Source of the DNA: Spirochaetota bacterium
GTDB taxonomy: Bacteria; Spirochaetota; UBA12135; COTS27
Direction of reading: 5' to 3'
NCBI GenBank assembly: GCA_965249715.1
Contig: CBDFMP010000047.1
Coordinates: 51,922-115,921 of the forward strand
Length of the DNA: 64,000 bases
A model generated the notes under the pieces. It saw nothing but the letters and a program-made list of their open reading frames with translations. It had not been told where the DNA came from and did no database searches. A program made the position numbers and the translations under genes. Positions 20,111-29,761 of the stretch are shown here, piece by piece (within the stretch, counting starts at the first letter, position 1; each line of letters opens with the position of its first letter).

Positions 20111-20161
20111 TGTTACAGTGTAACACTGAAACTGTCATATCATAACATGTTATGGTGTAAC
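20111..20161. promoter_or_regulatory. cluster of Zur/Fur-family-like palindromic boxes 45-95 bp upstream of znuA
   Basis: TGTTACAgTGTAACA (20111-20125), ATAACATGTTAT (20142-20153) and TGTTATggtGTAAC (about 20148-20161). The half-sites GTTAT/ATAAC resemble the E. coli Zur box TGTTATawtATAACA. Confidence 0.5.
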
Positions 20162-20353
20162 GCGGGAATGATTTTAAGTATTTTTATGATTTTTTCAGTT
20201 ATTGCTCAATGGCAGTAGAATTAAGCGTATTTGTTTACAAAATACTTATGCAATTCTTTGAAATTCCGTTTATTGAAATGGGTAGCTGCTTTTATGGAAA
20301 ATAATTATTCAGTCATTGCATAGTATTGCCGCTAAGTTTTTAATGGGAGTTTC

Positions 20354-21559
20354 GTGGGAATAGTGATAACGCCTGCATTTTTGCTGAGGAATCTTTTATG
20401 TTTGTTTGCCGTTTGGGCAGCAATCGCTTGTTCCAAGCAGGAACCAGCAGCACAGGCGGCTGCAGAGCAGCCAGTGATTACCGTCCAACCGCTTGCAGAA
20501 CCTAAGTCTGCGGATGCAGCAGCGGGCAGCGTGATCAATAGTCTTGACGTCCCGGCAGCTTCAGCAGCAGCTGACGCCAAAGACCCCATTGCCGCCTTGG
20601 AACAGCTGTCGCAATCGCAATCCGCTGCGCGGCCAGCAGCGGCAAATTTCAACAATAAGCTAGTGAATGTGGCAGAGGTGCCGGCACGGGCACGAAGGCT
20701 CTCATCGCAAAAAATACAGCCCGGCAAGTCTGAACAGTCGCAAGCTGCCCGCAGGTCCCCGCTTGCGGAAATAAAAGAACTTTATCGCAAGCAGCAATAT
20801 GTGCAGCTGACGAAAGTGACGTTCACCAGTATGGAATTGCCGCAGCTTTATTATAAAGCAAGCGCTTATTTTCAGTTGGCTAAACAAGCGCCCCGCCGCT
20901 CGCGCAAGCAAGTGGAGTACGTGCGTTATAGTAAACAACTTTACGGACGAATTGCTGAGACCACTCGTGATGCTGAATTAAAAGCGCGCTCTTTGTTATG
21001 GTTGGCTATTTTGCGCTGGCGTTATCCTGCCTGGAGTGAAGATTTGGAAAAACAGCTTGCCTCCTTGTTTTATATTCAGCGTAAACTGAAAGCTACACGG
21101 ATTTATAACGATGCGCTGTTGTACACTGGATTTATTTATCAAAGTCATCAACGTTATAGTAAGGCGTATAGGTATTACAGAAAGTTGGCACAGACATCGG
21201 CGGACGATTGGGTCTATGATGATAATATTCGTAAATTTGTGCAACCAGAACGCGCCTCACGCTGGTATTTGGCGAAGTTGCAAGAGCAGCAGTTAACACA
21301 ATTGCTTGAACCTTCTTCACCCAATCCCGCCACGCCCGTAGCAGCCCCACGCGTTGTTGTTCCAGCTGCTCCACGCGCTGTTCCACAGCCTCCGCCAGCT
21401 GCCGCTGCCAGTGTTCCTTCCAATGTCCCCGTACTCAGTAGTGAAACCGAAACAGCAAATTATCAGCCATACCGAGAGCCTGCGGTTTTACCTGAAAATG
21501 ACGTGGAATTTAATGATCGTGACAATGCTGCAACAACAGACAGTTTTATATTTGATTAA
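20354..21559 (+). CDS. hypothetical lipoprotein with TPR-like helical region and Pro-rich C-terminus
   Basis: 401 aa. Signal peptide ending in the lipobox-like AIAC-S. Ala/Gln-rich linker. Tyr-rich helical repeats (YRYYRKLAQ...). PAAPRVVVPAAPRAVPQPPPAAAAS tail. Confidence 0.55.
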   Translation: MGIVITPAFLLRNLLCLFAVWAAIACSKQEPAAQAAAEQPVITVQPLAEPKSADAAAGSVINSLDVPAASAAADAKDPIAALEQLSQSQSAARPAAANFNNKLVNVAEVPARARRLSSQKIQPGKSEQSQAARRSPLAEIKELYRKQQYVQLTKVTFTSMELPQLYYKASAYFQLAKQAPRRSRKQVEYVRYSKQLYGRIAETTRDAELKARSLLWLAILRWRYPAWSEDLEKQLASLFYIQRKLKATRIYNDALLYTGFIYQSHQRYSKAYRYYRKLAQTSADDWVYDDNIRKFVQPERASRWYLAKLQEQQLTQLLEPSSPNPATPVAAPRVVVPAAPRAVPQPPPAAAASVPSNVPVLSSETETANYQPYREPAVLPENDVEFNDRDNAATTDSFIFD

Positions 21560-21919
21560 GTGATATGATGGTACGCATAGCTGCATGACGGCGAGCTTGC
21601 TAAGTCTGCAGACAATGTTTGTTTTTTATGTTTTTAGAGGTTTGAGAGGATGTTGAGAATATTGATTGATAAAACTAGGGTAATTTACTTTTTGCTGAGG
21701 ATGCGCTTGCTGAGCTGGCGTTTGAGAGCAGCACAGCGGCGTATGCGTATAGCCAATGCGCGTATGACTGCTCAGCTGGCTTCAAAATTCGATTAAGTTT
21801 TAAAGTGCTTAGTCCGATGATTAAGATATGGCTGGTTGTGGCAAAACTTCATAAAATTTGCAACATTATTAAAACCTGCTAAAAAAATGTTTTTTTTACA
21901 GCTTCGCCGAGAATCTGTT

Positions 21920-22354
21920 ATGAAGCGCTTTCGTTTTGCCTTAGCACCGGTTTTGCAGTATCACCAACATCAGGAACAGCTGGCATTGCAGGAATTGGCG
22001 CGACGGGTTGCGAAACTCAATGTTTTGCGTGCTGAAAGCAACGACGCACAGGAAACGCTGCGGTTGTGGCGGGTTGCTGCTGCGGGTTCGGCTCCACCTC
22101 CAATGGCAGGTGCAAATGTTTCACCGCAGCAGCACTTGCGTGCATTGTTGCGAAATTTGGCTGTCCAGGAACAGAGCTTAGTGGAAGCGGTCAAAACTGC
22201 ACAACAAGAAGTACAGCAACGCCAACAGGGCAAACGTAAATTTGAGCAGCTCAAGGAGCAAGCTTTGCTTGTTTGGCGTAAGGAAGCTGCACGGGCGGAT
22301 GAAATAACATTGACTGAGCAAATACTGAGGCGTTCTTTCCTAGGCGAGCATTAG
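21920..22354 (+). CDS. fliJ: flagellar export protein FliJ-like
   Basis: 144 aa from the internal ATG at 21920. The MKRFRFALAPVLQYHQHQEQLALQELARRV coiled-coil N-terminus matches the FliJ pattern (MKxFxFxLxxVLxxRxxxE). The ORF track's upstream extension to 21836 lacks support. Confidence 0.55.
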   Translation: MKRFRFALAPVLQYHQHQEQLALQELARRVAKLNVLRAESNDAQETLRLWRVAAAGSAPPPMAGANVSPQQHLRALLRNLAVQEQSLVEAVKTAQQEVQQRQQGKRKFEQLKEQALLVWRKEAARADEITLTEQILRRSFLGEH

Positions 22355-22426
22355 GCATAGGCAGGGTAGTTCAGTGGCTATTAGGAATATTAGGAAACTT
22401 GTTGTGAATTTGAATAAGGATGAGCG

Positions 22427-23242
22427 GTGAATTCACTGGTATCAGCATTAACGCGTATTGGGCAGTTAGAACGCCAATTTCAACAGTACTTCAGTAAAAC
22501 TGCGCCGCGCAATACGTTTACTGAAAGCAATGCTGCCTCAGCGCAGACCCCTGCTACTCCTACGGCAGCTTTATCACCATTTGCTACGTCGTTTGCCGCC
22601 ACTGATATTCTGCCGCAAAATTTATCCTCAGTGAATTTGGTTGATGGTCTAACAAATGGTCTAACCACCCAGTCTCCACTTGGCAATTTTAAGGAATTAC
22701 TTAACGCCAAGCTGCAATTAGCATCAGCGTCACCAACAACTGGCGGGCAGCAAACTGCAGTGAAGCAGCTTAAAACAAGCCCCATACAACAGGCGGCTCA
22801 GGTGCCTGTTGTACAAACAAGACAGTTAACGACTTTTCCTTTTCAGGCACAAATTACAGCTGCTGCAGAAGCCAATGGGTTGCCTGTCGCTTTGTTTCGC
22901 TCACTTGTAGCCGCTGAGTCGAATTTTAATCCACTGGCTGTATCGGCAAAAGGCGCTATGGGGCTGACTCAGCTTATGCCGCAAACGGCAGTCGCGCTTG
23001 GTGTCACGGAACCTTATGATGTGGAAGCCAATTTGCAGGGCGGCGCGCGCTACTTGCGAATGCTTTTGGATAAGTACGGCGGCGATTACGCTAAGGCGCT
23101 AGCGGCTTACAATGCCGGTGAGAAGGCTGTAGCACGTGCCGATGAGCTGAGTGGGGTCAGTGTGCCACCTTATGCTGAGACTAATCAATATGTGAAGCGT
23201 GTTTTAACAAGTTATTTAAAATATAGCGGGGTGAGTTTATGA
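22427..23242 (+). CDS. lytic transglycosylase (SLT domain) protein
   Basis: C-terminal AESNFNPLAVSAKGAMGLTQLMPQTA...AYNAG is the SLT catalytic core (ES...GLMQ...AYNAG). The N-terminal 130 aa are low-complexity. Possibly flagellum-associated, given its neighbours. Confidence 0.7.
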   Translation: MNSLVSALTRIGQLERQFQQYFSKTAPRNTFTESNAASAQTPATPTAALSPFATSFAATDILPQNLSSVNLVDGLTNGLTTQSPLGNFKELLNAKLQLASASPTTGGQQTAVKQLKTSPIQQAAQVPVVQTRQLTTFPFQAQITAAAEANGLPVALFRSLVAAESNFNPLAVSAKGAMGLTQLMPQTAVALGVTEPYDVEANLQGGARYLRMLLDKYGGDYAKALAAYNAGEKAVARADELSGVSVPPYAETNQYVKRVLTSYLKYSGVSL

Positions 23243-23862
23243 ATTTGGAACGTATTTTACGTATTGGCATATTACTGGTTGCAATTGGGTTAGGAGGATT
23301 GGTATTACTTTTTTTTATTGAGCAACAGCTGTTTATAACGGCTTATTCAAGCTTGAAAAGCAATTTGCCTGCCTTTTTGGTGAGTCAACCCAAACAAGAG
23401 CCCAGTCAGAGTGCTGAGCGTGCACGCGAATTGCAACTCTTAGCGGAAGAAGAACGTGCTAAGCTGCAAGAAAGCTTTTTTTTGCGTGAAAGCGGGCTTG
23501 CTGCAAAAGAGGCTATGCTGTTAGTTCTTGAACAGGAATTGCAAACTGAGCGTACCAATTTAATAACTGAACGTGAAGAGCTTCTGAAAATACGCGAACG
23601 TGCGGATACATTGGCGGCTGAAGCAGCCAGCTATGATAAAAAAATACAGGAGCTGGCGGAACGTTTTTATAATATGCCGCCACAAGCTGCTGCACCACGG
23701 ATTGTGGCATTGGAAGACGATATTCTTATTATCGACGTGCTTGCAGCCATGGATCTGGTCGCTGCTGAAAATGATCAACTTTCAATTGTGCCATTTCTGC
23801 TTTCATTAATGCCTGCAGAAGTTTCGGCGCGCATCATGAAAAAAGCGACAGTTGAGTTGTAA
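23239..23862 (+). CDS. single-pass membrane coiled-coil protein (FlbB/MotE-like, MgtE_N-like C-terminus)
   Basis: 207 aa. N-terminal TM helix, charged coiled coil, C-terminal IVALEDDILIIDVLAAMD...LMPAEVSARIMKK. Start overlaps the stop of the upstream gene by 4 nt. Confidence 0.4.
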   Translation: MNLERILRIGILLVAIGLGGLVLLFFIEQQLFITAYSSLKSNLPAFLVSQPKQEPSQSAERARELQLLAEEERAKLQESFFLRESGLAAKEAMLLVLEQELQTERTNLITEREELLKIRERADTLAAEAASYDKKIQELAERFYNMPPQAAAPRIVALEDDILIIDVLAAMDLVAAENDQLSIVPFLLSLMPAEVSARIMKKATVEL

Positions 23863-24813
23863 GCTGATTGTTCCCTAACCGTAAGCTTCAGGCAGCGGTT
23901 AATCACTAAAAGCTATAATCCTATAAACGCAGCAGCTTGTTTTAGCGGTTATGCTAGAATTAGGTGTTTGTTCGGCATAGTTTATTATTAAATGACCGAA
24001 CAGGTGTGACTAAATTAAACTTGTGGCAAAAAACTATCAAACACTCAGCTTTCAATTGTGCCATCTCTGCTTTCATTAATGCCTGCAGAAGTTTCGGCGC
24101 GCATCATGAAAAAAGCGACAGTTGAGTTGTAAGCTGATTGTTCCCTAACCGTAAGCTTCAGGCAGCGGTTAATCACTAAAAGCTATAATCCTATAAACGC
24201 AGCAGCTTGTTTTAGCGGTTATGCTAGAATTAGGTGTTTGTCCGGTATAGTTTATTGTTAAAGGATCGAATAGGTGTGACTAAATTAAACTTGTGGCAAA
24301 AAACTATCAAACACTCAGCTTTCAATTGTGCCATCTCTGCTTTCATTAATGCCTGCAGAAGTTTCGGCGCGCATCATGAAAAAAGCGACAGTTGAGTTGT
24401 AAGCTGATTGTTTCCTAACCGTAAGCTCCAGGCAGCGGTTAATCACTAAAAATTATAATCCTATAAACGCAGCAGCTTGTTTTAGCGGTTATGCTAGAAT
24501 TAGGTGTTTGTCCGGCATGGTTTATTATTAAATGACCGAATAGGTGTGACTAAATTAAACTTGTGGCAAAAAACTATCAAACACTCAGCTTTCAATTGTG
24601 CCATCTCTGCTTTCATTAATGCCTGCAGAAGTTTCGGCGCGCATCATGAAAAAAGCGACAGTTGAGTTGTAAGCTGATTGTTCCCTAACCGTAAGCTCCA
24701 GGCAGCGGTTAATCACTAAAAACTATAATCCTATAAACGCAGCAGCTTGTTTTAGCGGTTATGCTAGAATTAGGTGTTTGTCCGGCAGTTTATTGTTAAA
24801 GGATCGAATAGGT
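23863..24813. repeat. three extra ~270-bp tandem units between the FlbB-like gene and the AlkD-like gene
   Basis: Unit = internal fragment of the downstream gene (cognate at 24952-24990) fused to the last ~70 bp of the upstream gene, plus the spacer, plus the first ~40 bp of the downstream gene. The marker ctaaattaaacttgtggcaaaaaactatc recurs at about 24010, 24281 and 24551. The genuine junction is at 24811. Confidence 0.85.
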
Positions 24814-25545
24814 GTGACTAAAGCAGCGGAAATAACAAAAGCGTTATTACGTTATCAGAATAAGGTGAAATTAGCCTTTTTCCCGAGATATTTTAAAACA
24901 GGTAAAGGCGAATACGCTGAAGGTGATGAGTTTCTTGGCGTTACCGTGCCCAATATTAAACTTGTGGCAAAAAATTATCAAACACTCAGTTTTCCAGAGC
25001 TTAAGGAAGTTTTAGCGTCACCTAAACACGAGGTTCGTCTATTGGGCGCCCATGTCCTGGTTGCGCAGTTTGCGCGCGCGCGTACGCGTGCAGAACAAAC
25101 TGCCGTTTATCGTTTTTATTTGCAAAATTTGACAGGAATTAATCATTGGGATATTGTGGATGCCAGCACGCATAAGCTCATTGGTGTTTATGTGTTGTCG
25201 CTTACAGCGGCTGAACGCGATGCCGTCCTGGTGCCGCTTGCGGAACATTGTAATGTATGGCGCAGACGTGTGGCTTTGGTAGCAATGTATCGTTTGATCA
25301 AGGAACGCGAACTGGTTTATGTCAGCAAATTTCTCACACGTTTTGTTGCAGATGATCATCAGCTTATTCATAAAGGTTTGGGCTGGATGTTGCGCGAACT
25401 GGGTAAATATGCTCCAGAACGACTTAGTCGTTTTTTACATAAGTACCATCGCCGCTTAGCAGCGGTGACCATTTGTTACGCCACAGAGAAAATGGCGCGC
25501 TCAGAACGTGCGCTTTATTATAAACGCAAATCAAAATCAGGTTAA
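24778..25545 (+). CDS. DNA alkylation repair protein (AlkD/AlkC-like HEAT-repeat family)
   Basis: 255 aa. FFPRYFKTGKGEYAEGDEFLGVTVP...HEVRLLGAHVLV...INHWDIVD matches the DNA_alkylation family pattern. The ORF-track start is a TTG at 24778; an alternative GTG at 24814 follows aagga. Confidence 0.7.
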   Translation: MSGSLLLKDRIGVTKAAEITKALLRYQNKVKLAFFPRYFKTGKGEYAEGDEFLGVTVPNIKLVAKNYQTLSFPELKEVLASPKHEVRLLGAHVLVAQFARARTRAEQTAVYRFYLQNLTGINHWDIVDASTHKLIGVYVLSLTAAERDAVLVPLAEHCNVWRRRVALVAMYRLIKERELVYVSKFLTRFVADDHQLIHKGLGWMLRELGKYAPERLSRFLHKYHRRLAAVTICYATEKMARSERALYYKRKSKSG

Positions 25546-25550
25546 TAAAT

Positions 25551-28319
25551 ATGGACGAACGTTTCCAATCAAAAACCGCAATGACAAGCCCATCGTTAGC
25601 AGCACTTTCCGCTCCAAAGCTGCTTAACGGTAATGGCAGTTATGGCAGTGAAAGCGGCAGCCCCAGTACAGAACACATTTTTGCAGAGAAAGTCGCACTG
25701 CAATACAGGCTGTACAAGGGACTGCTCTCAGAATTGCCCTTTGCCAATTTGAAAACCTATCAGGTCATGTTGGCGCTCTTTACAGAGTTAGTGACCAAAC
25801 ACACTGAAAAGCCGCTTATTGTCAAACCTTTTGTAGAAGCTTTTTTAAAACGTTATTTGGATGGACAAACAGCGCACGAACAGCTTGGCACATTGTTTAA
25901 GTTTATTCAGTTTATTGAGCGGCAAGTCACGTTGTTTGACGCATTGGAGGAATCGGCATTTACAGAGCTTGTGGATGTGCATGGTGAAGGAACGCTTAAA
26001 CATTTGCTTGGGCGCGTCACTGCAGAATGGAAATTTAAGGACTTGCAGACGCGCTTAAAAACTTATAAGGTGCGTGTGGTCTTGACGGCACATCCTACAC
26101 AATTTTATCCCGCTTCTGTGTTGCGGATTATTTATGAACTTCATGTTGCCTTGAAAAATAATCAGCTCAGTGCTGTGCACCAGCTGCTCATGCAGCTGGG
26201 ACGCACGCCGTTCAGAAACAAGGAACGGCCCACACCGGAAGCAGAAGCGGAAAGTATCCTCATTTATTTGCGCAAAGTTTTTTATCATGTGATCCCAAGT
26301 ATTGAAGCAACACTTGTGGAACGGCTGTATCAAGATGCACCAGCTGAGACTGCGGAGCTGCCCAATATTATTGAACTGGGATTTTGGCCTGGCGGGGATC
26401 GCGATGGCAACCCTTATGTCACGGCTGCCACAACGCGCACAATTGCCCGGATGTTGAAGCGGAACATTTTACGCTGTTATCTTGAAGATACGCGTGTTTT
26501 GTGGAAAAGCTTCACTTTTAAAAAAGTTTATGAGCTGTTGCGAATAATTGAACAACGTTTGGTATTAAGCTATCGTGCAGTAGCCAGTGACAGGGCAGAC
26601 TTTTTTACATCAGAAGTGGCTGCCGTGTCTGACAAACTTTTCCCGTACGCTACTGTGGATGCACTCATTGCTGATGTTAAAGCTGTCCATGAAATAGTGG
26701 TGCGTGAACATGGCGGGCTTTTTAGTGAGAAACTAACAATTTTTATACGAAAATTGCGTGCTTTTGGTTTCCATTTTGCAACCATCGATATCCGTCAGAA
26801 TAGAAGCGTTCATCATCAATGTGTGACGGAATTGCTCAAGCGGCACGTGCCAGCAGCAGCAGCATATGCTACAGCTACTGAAACTCAGCAAATAACAATG
26901 CTCTTAGCCGCATGGGAGCAATTTTCTCAGCCGCTTAATAAACAAAAGGAACAACAACCAGCAGCGGCAGGGGCATCGCCTGAGTTAAAACAGCTATTGC
27001 TTTCATTGGAAACAGTTATGCAGGTTCAGGCGGCTAATGGCGAAAAGGGTTTAAATCGTTATATTATTTCCAATACAGAGAGTGCCTTGGATGTTTTGGA
27101 ATTGTTATTTCTTTTCCATGTAATAGGATTGCGCGGCAAGGCCCTGCGTGTGGATATTGTCCCGCTTTTTGAAACTATCAATGTCCTCAAGCGCGCAGGC
27201 ATAATTATGGAGCAACTTTATAAGTTGCCGCGCTATCGTGAGCATTTAGCGCAACGCACTAAGCGGCAACTGGTGATGTTGGGATATTCGGATGGTACTA
27301 AGGACGGCGGCTATTTGGCTGCCAACTGGGGGATCTTTTGTGCGAAGGAGCTTATGAGTGCAGGCGCTGAGCGCGCGGGCGTGCAAGTTGTCTTTTTTGA
27401 TGGACGCGGTGGACCACCGGCGCGCGGCGGTGGTGAAAGTAATCTTTTTTATCGCGCGCTTTCAGCTAAAATGGCTGCCCATGAATTGCAGTTGACCGTC
27501 CAGGGACAAACGATTAGCTCTAATTTTGCAACCGTGACGCGTGGACGTTACAATTTAGAACAACTTTTAACCGCAGGTTTGGAAAATCGTCTTTTTTTAC
27601 AACAACAGGCTACGCTTAACCCCAAGGCACGTCGTCTGCTTGCAGCCATGAGCGAGTTTGCACTCAAAAAATATGAAGCTTTAAAAGGGCACCCGAAATT
27701 TATTCCTTATCTGGAGCAAGTGACGCCGTTGCGCTTTTTTCGTTATTCCAATGTTGGCAGTCGTCCTACCAAACGCTCCTCAAAAGAGGGCATTAACTTA
27801 ACAAACTTACGTGCCATTCCTTTTGTAGCATCGTGGAACCAGCTTAAACAAAATGTGCCCGCTTATTATGGGTTTGGCAGCGCCTTAGCGTTTATGATTG
27901 AACGGGAAGGCAAGCTGGCAGAGCTTAAAGAGTTGTATCAGAATTCTATTTTCTTTCGCGCTTTGGTGGGAAATACCATGCAGGCGCTGTTAAAGACCGA
28001 TTTTTCATTCACAGTTCATTTGCAAGATGATGCAGAATTCAGTGAAATTTGGCGCTTAGCGCGTGACGAAGCCGAATTGACCAAACGGCTGCTTTTAAAA
28101 ATTTCAGGGCAGCGTGAGCTATTGGCAGATTTGCCGCTTAATCGCGAGTCTATTCGTTTTCGTGAGAGCATTGTTCGTCCACTGCTGATTATTCAGCAAT
28201 ATGCCCTGCAATGTCTCAGATCCACTAAGGAACTGGACGCTGTGCGTAAAGCCAGCTTGGAAAAGTTGGTTATTCGCTCCTTGGTGGGAAGTCTGAACGC
28301 CAGCCGCAATTCCGCGTAG
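25551..28319 (+). CDS. ppc: phosphoenolpyruvate carboxylase
   Basis: 922 aa. VLTAHPTQ (the TAHPT signature), GYSDGTKDGG and FFDGRGGPPARGGG glycine-rich loops. Confidence 0.88.
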   Translation: MDERFQSKTAMTSPSLAALSAPKLLNGNGSYGSESGSPSTEHIFAEKVALQYRLYKGLLSELPFANLKTYQVMLALFTELVTKHTEKPLIVKPFVEAFLKRYLDGQTAHEQLGTLFKFIQFIERQVTLFDALEESAFTELVDVHGEGTLKHLLGRVTAEWKFKDLQTRLKTYKVRVVLTAHPTQFYPASVLRIIYELHVALKNNQLSAVHQLLMQLGRTPFRNKERPTPEAEAESILIYLRKVFYHVIPSIEATLVERLYQDAPAETAELPNIIELGFWPGGDRDGNPYVTAATTRTIARMLKRNILRCYLEDTRVLWKSFTFKKVYELLRIIEQRLVLSYRAVASDRADFFTSEVAAVSDKLFPYATVDALIADVKAVHEIVVREHGGLFSEKLTIFIRKLRAFGFHFATIDIRQNRSVHHQCVTELLKRHVPAAAAYATATETQQITMLLAAWEQFSQPLNKQKEQQPAAAGASPELKQLLLSLETVMQVQAANGEKGLNRYIISNTESALDVLELLFLFHVIGLRGKALRVDIVPLFETINVLKRAGIIMEQLYKLPRYREHLAQRTKRQLVMLGYSDGTKDGGYLAANWGIFCAKELMSAGAERAGVQVVFFDGRGGPPARGGGESNLFYRALSAKMAAHELQLTVQGQTISSNFATVTRGRYNLEQLLTAGLENRLFLQQQATLNPKARRLLAAMSEFALKKYEALKGHPKFIPYLEQVTPLRFFRYSNVGSRPTKRSSKEGINLTNLRAIPFVASWNQLKQNVPAYYGFGSALAFMIEREGKLAELKELYQNSIFFRALVGNTMQALLKTDFSFTVHLQDDAEFSEIWRLARDEAELTKRLLLKISGQRELLADLPLNRESIRFRESIVRPLLIIQQYALQCLRSTKELDAVRKASLEKLVIRSLVGSLNASRNSA

Positions 28320-28491
28320 CGGGGTTGGTTTGTATTGTTTTGTGAACGACTCCCGTCTCTCACAGTAGCTTTTCAGTTTATAATTACAGAAAGAAATTGT
28401 AAGCCTTGGCTTTGGAATGTTTTGATGAACCAAGCTTGCGACTGAGTGGGAATTGGCACGTTGTGGATAAACCAGCTGTGCGGGAGGACTT

Positions 28492-29733
28492 GTGAAAACT
28501 GTACTTAGCGCAGGGAAGCGCCTTACGCGTAGAAAGCTGGCTGCGGCTTCAACATTGTCAGCAGGGGGGATCCGTGTGCGTCCAACCATTGCTAAAGCGG
28601 ATCTGGTTAGCGTTTTACGCTGCCTGCTTTCCGATCGCCTCACGCAAGCCGATGGCGGCACCAGTACGGGCGATTTTGAGCGTGTGTTTGCCGAGACAAT
28701 TGGAATCACTGACGCGCTTTTTGTGGTTAACGATTCGGCTGCTTGTTATTTACTGCTGCAGGCATTGAAACTTGCGCCGCAGGACGAGGTGATCGTCTCA
28801 CCGCTGATTGAACTGTCTATATGGGAAGCCATGCGCCATGCAGGTGTTAACCCAATATTTGCTGACCTTGCAGCAAATCGGCTGACCTTTAACGAAAAAA
28901 CGCTGCGTGCAAAAATATCACCGCGCACGCGGGCAATTATTGTGTCACATGCTTTTGGCATAGCCGTAGCGGAAACAGCTGAGCTTATAAGCAGTTTTAA
29001 ACGTTCGCATCCGCAACTGGTGATCATCGAAGAAGCTTTTGCTGGATTGGGCGCACGTTATGGGGCAACCAAACGTTCGCCTCATGTAGGCACACTGGGC
29101 GATTATGGTTTGTTCTCGCTTGCCAGCAGACGTATGCTCACTAGCGCAAAAGGAGCGATTATTGTGGCGCGCACACCTGAGGATTTGGCACGTCTGCGCA
29201 TGTTGCGCGCGCCTGAGGATGTGACAACAGCAATGGCCGCACGCACAAAAAAATTGCCTGCCGCTAAAGTGGTTCCGCCGCCGCATGATTTTGCGCGTTT
29301 GGAGCTATTGCCGACGGAATTGGAAGCGGCGTTGGGACTTTCTCAGCTTAAACATTTGCCGCGCATTCACGCACGCCAACGCGAAGTGGCTGAGGACTTA
29401 ATGCAGGCACTGAATAAACGCAATAAACAGGTCACACCTCTGCTGCCGCAAAAGGTGACACCCAGCTATCAGTTTCTCCCGCTTATTTTTACTGAAAATA
29501 AGGCCGTGGCGGAAGCGGCATTGGCACGTGCAGGGATGACCAATCTTACCCTTGCTGCCCATACGCTTTATGGCTGTTTGGCGCGGCAACACTACTCAGC
29601 GATTTATGATTTGACCGCTAAAGCTTACCCGGTCACACAAGACCTGCATCGCCGCACTTTGCTTATTCCGCTTTACGCAACGGTTAGTGAAGACGAGCTC
29701 ACTGCCCTCAAGAATATGTTAGGCAGCTTTTAA
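28492..29733 (+). CDS. DegT/DnrJ/EryC1/StrS-family PLP-dependent sugar aminotransferase
   Basis: 413 aa. The family's N-terminal block and the SLASRRMLTSAKGAIIV segment carrying the PLP-lysine are present. Confidence 0.8.
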   Translation: MKTVLSAGKRLTRRKLAAASTLSAGGIRVRPTIAKADLVSVLRCLLSDRLTQADGGTSTGDFERVFAETIGITDALFVVNDSAACYLLLQALKLAPQDEVIVSPLIELSIWEAMRHAGVNPIFADLAANRLTFNEKTLRAKISPRTRAIIVSHAFGIAVAETAELISSFKRSHPQLVIIEEAFAGLGARYGATKRSPHVGTLGDYGLFSLASRRMLTSAKGAIIVARTPEDLARLRMLRAPEDVTTAMAARTKKLPAAKVVPPPHDFARLELLPTELEAALGLSQLKHLPRIHARQREVAEDLMQALNKRNKQVTPLLPQKVTPSYQFLPLIFTENKAVAEAALARAGMTNLTLAAHTLYGCLARQHYSAIYDLTAKAYPVTQDLHRRTLLIPLYATVSEDELTALKNMLGSF

Positions 29734-29761
29734 GCTGCAGCAGCAATCATGAAACTCACTT

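Noticed and set aside
20332-20727. Minus-strand 131-aa ORF overlapping the start of the lipoprotein gene
   Set aside because: It is an Ala-rich alternate frame of a GC-rich Ala/Gln-rich linker region. The plus-strand gene has a signal peptide and lipobox.
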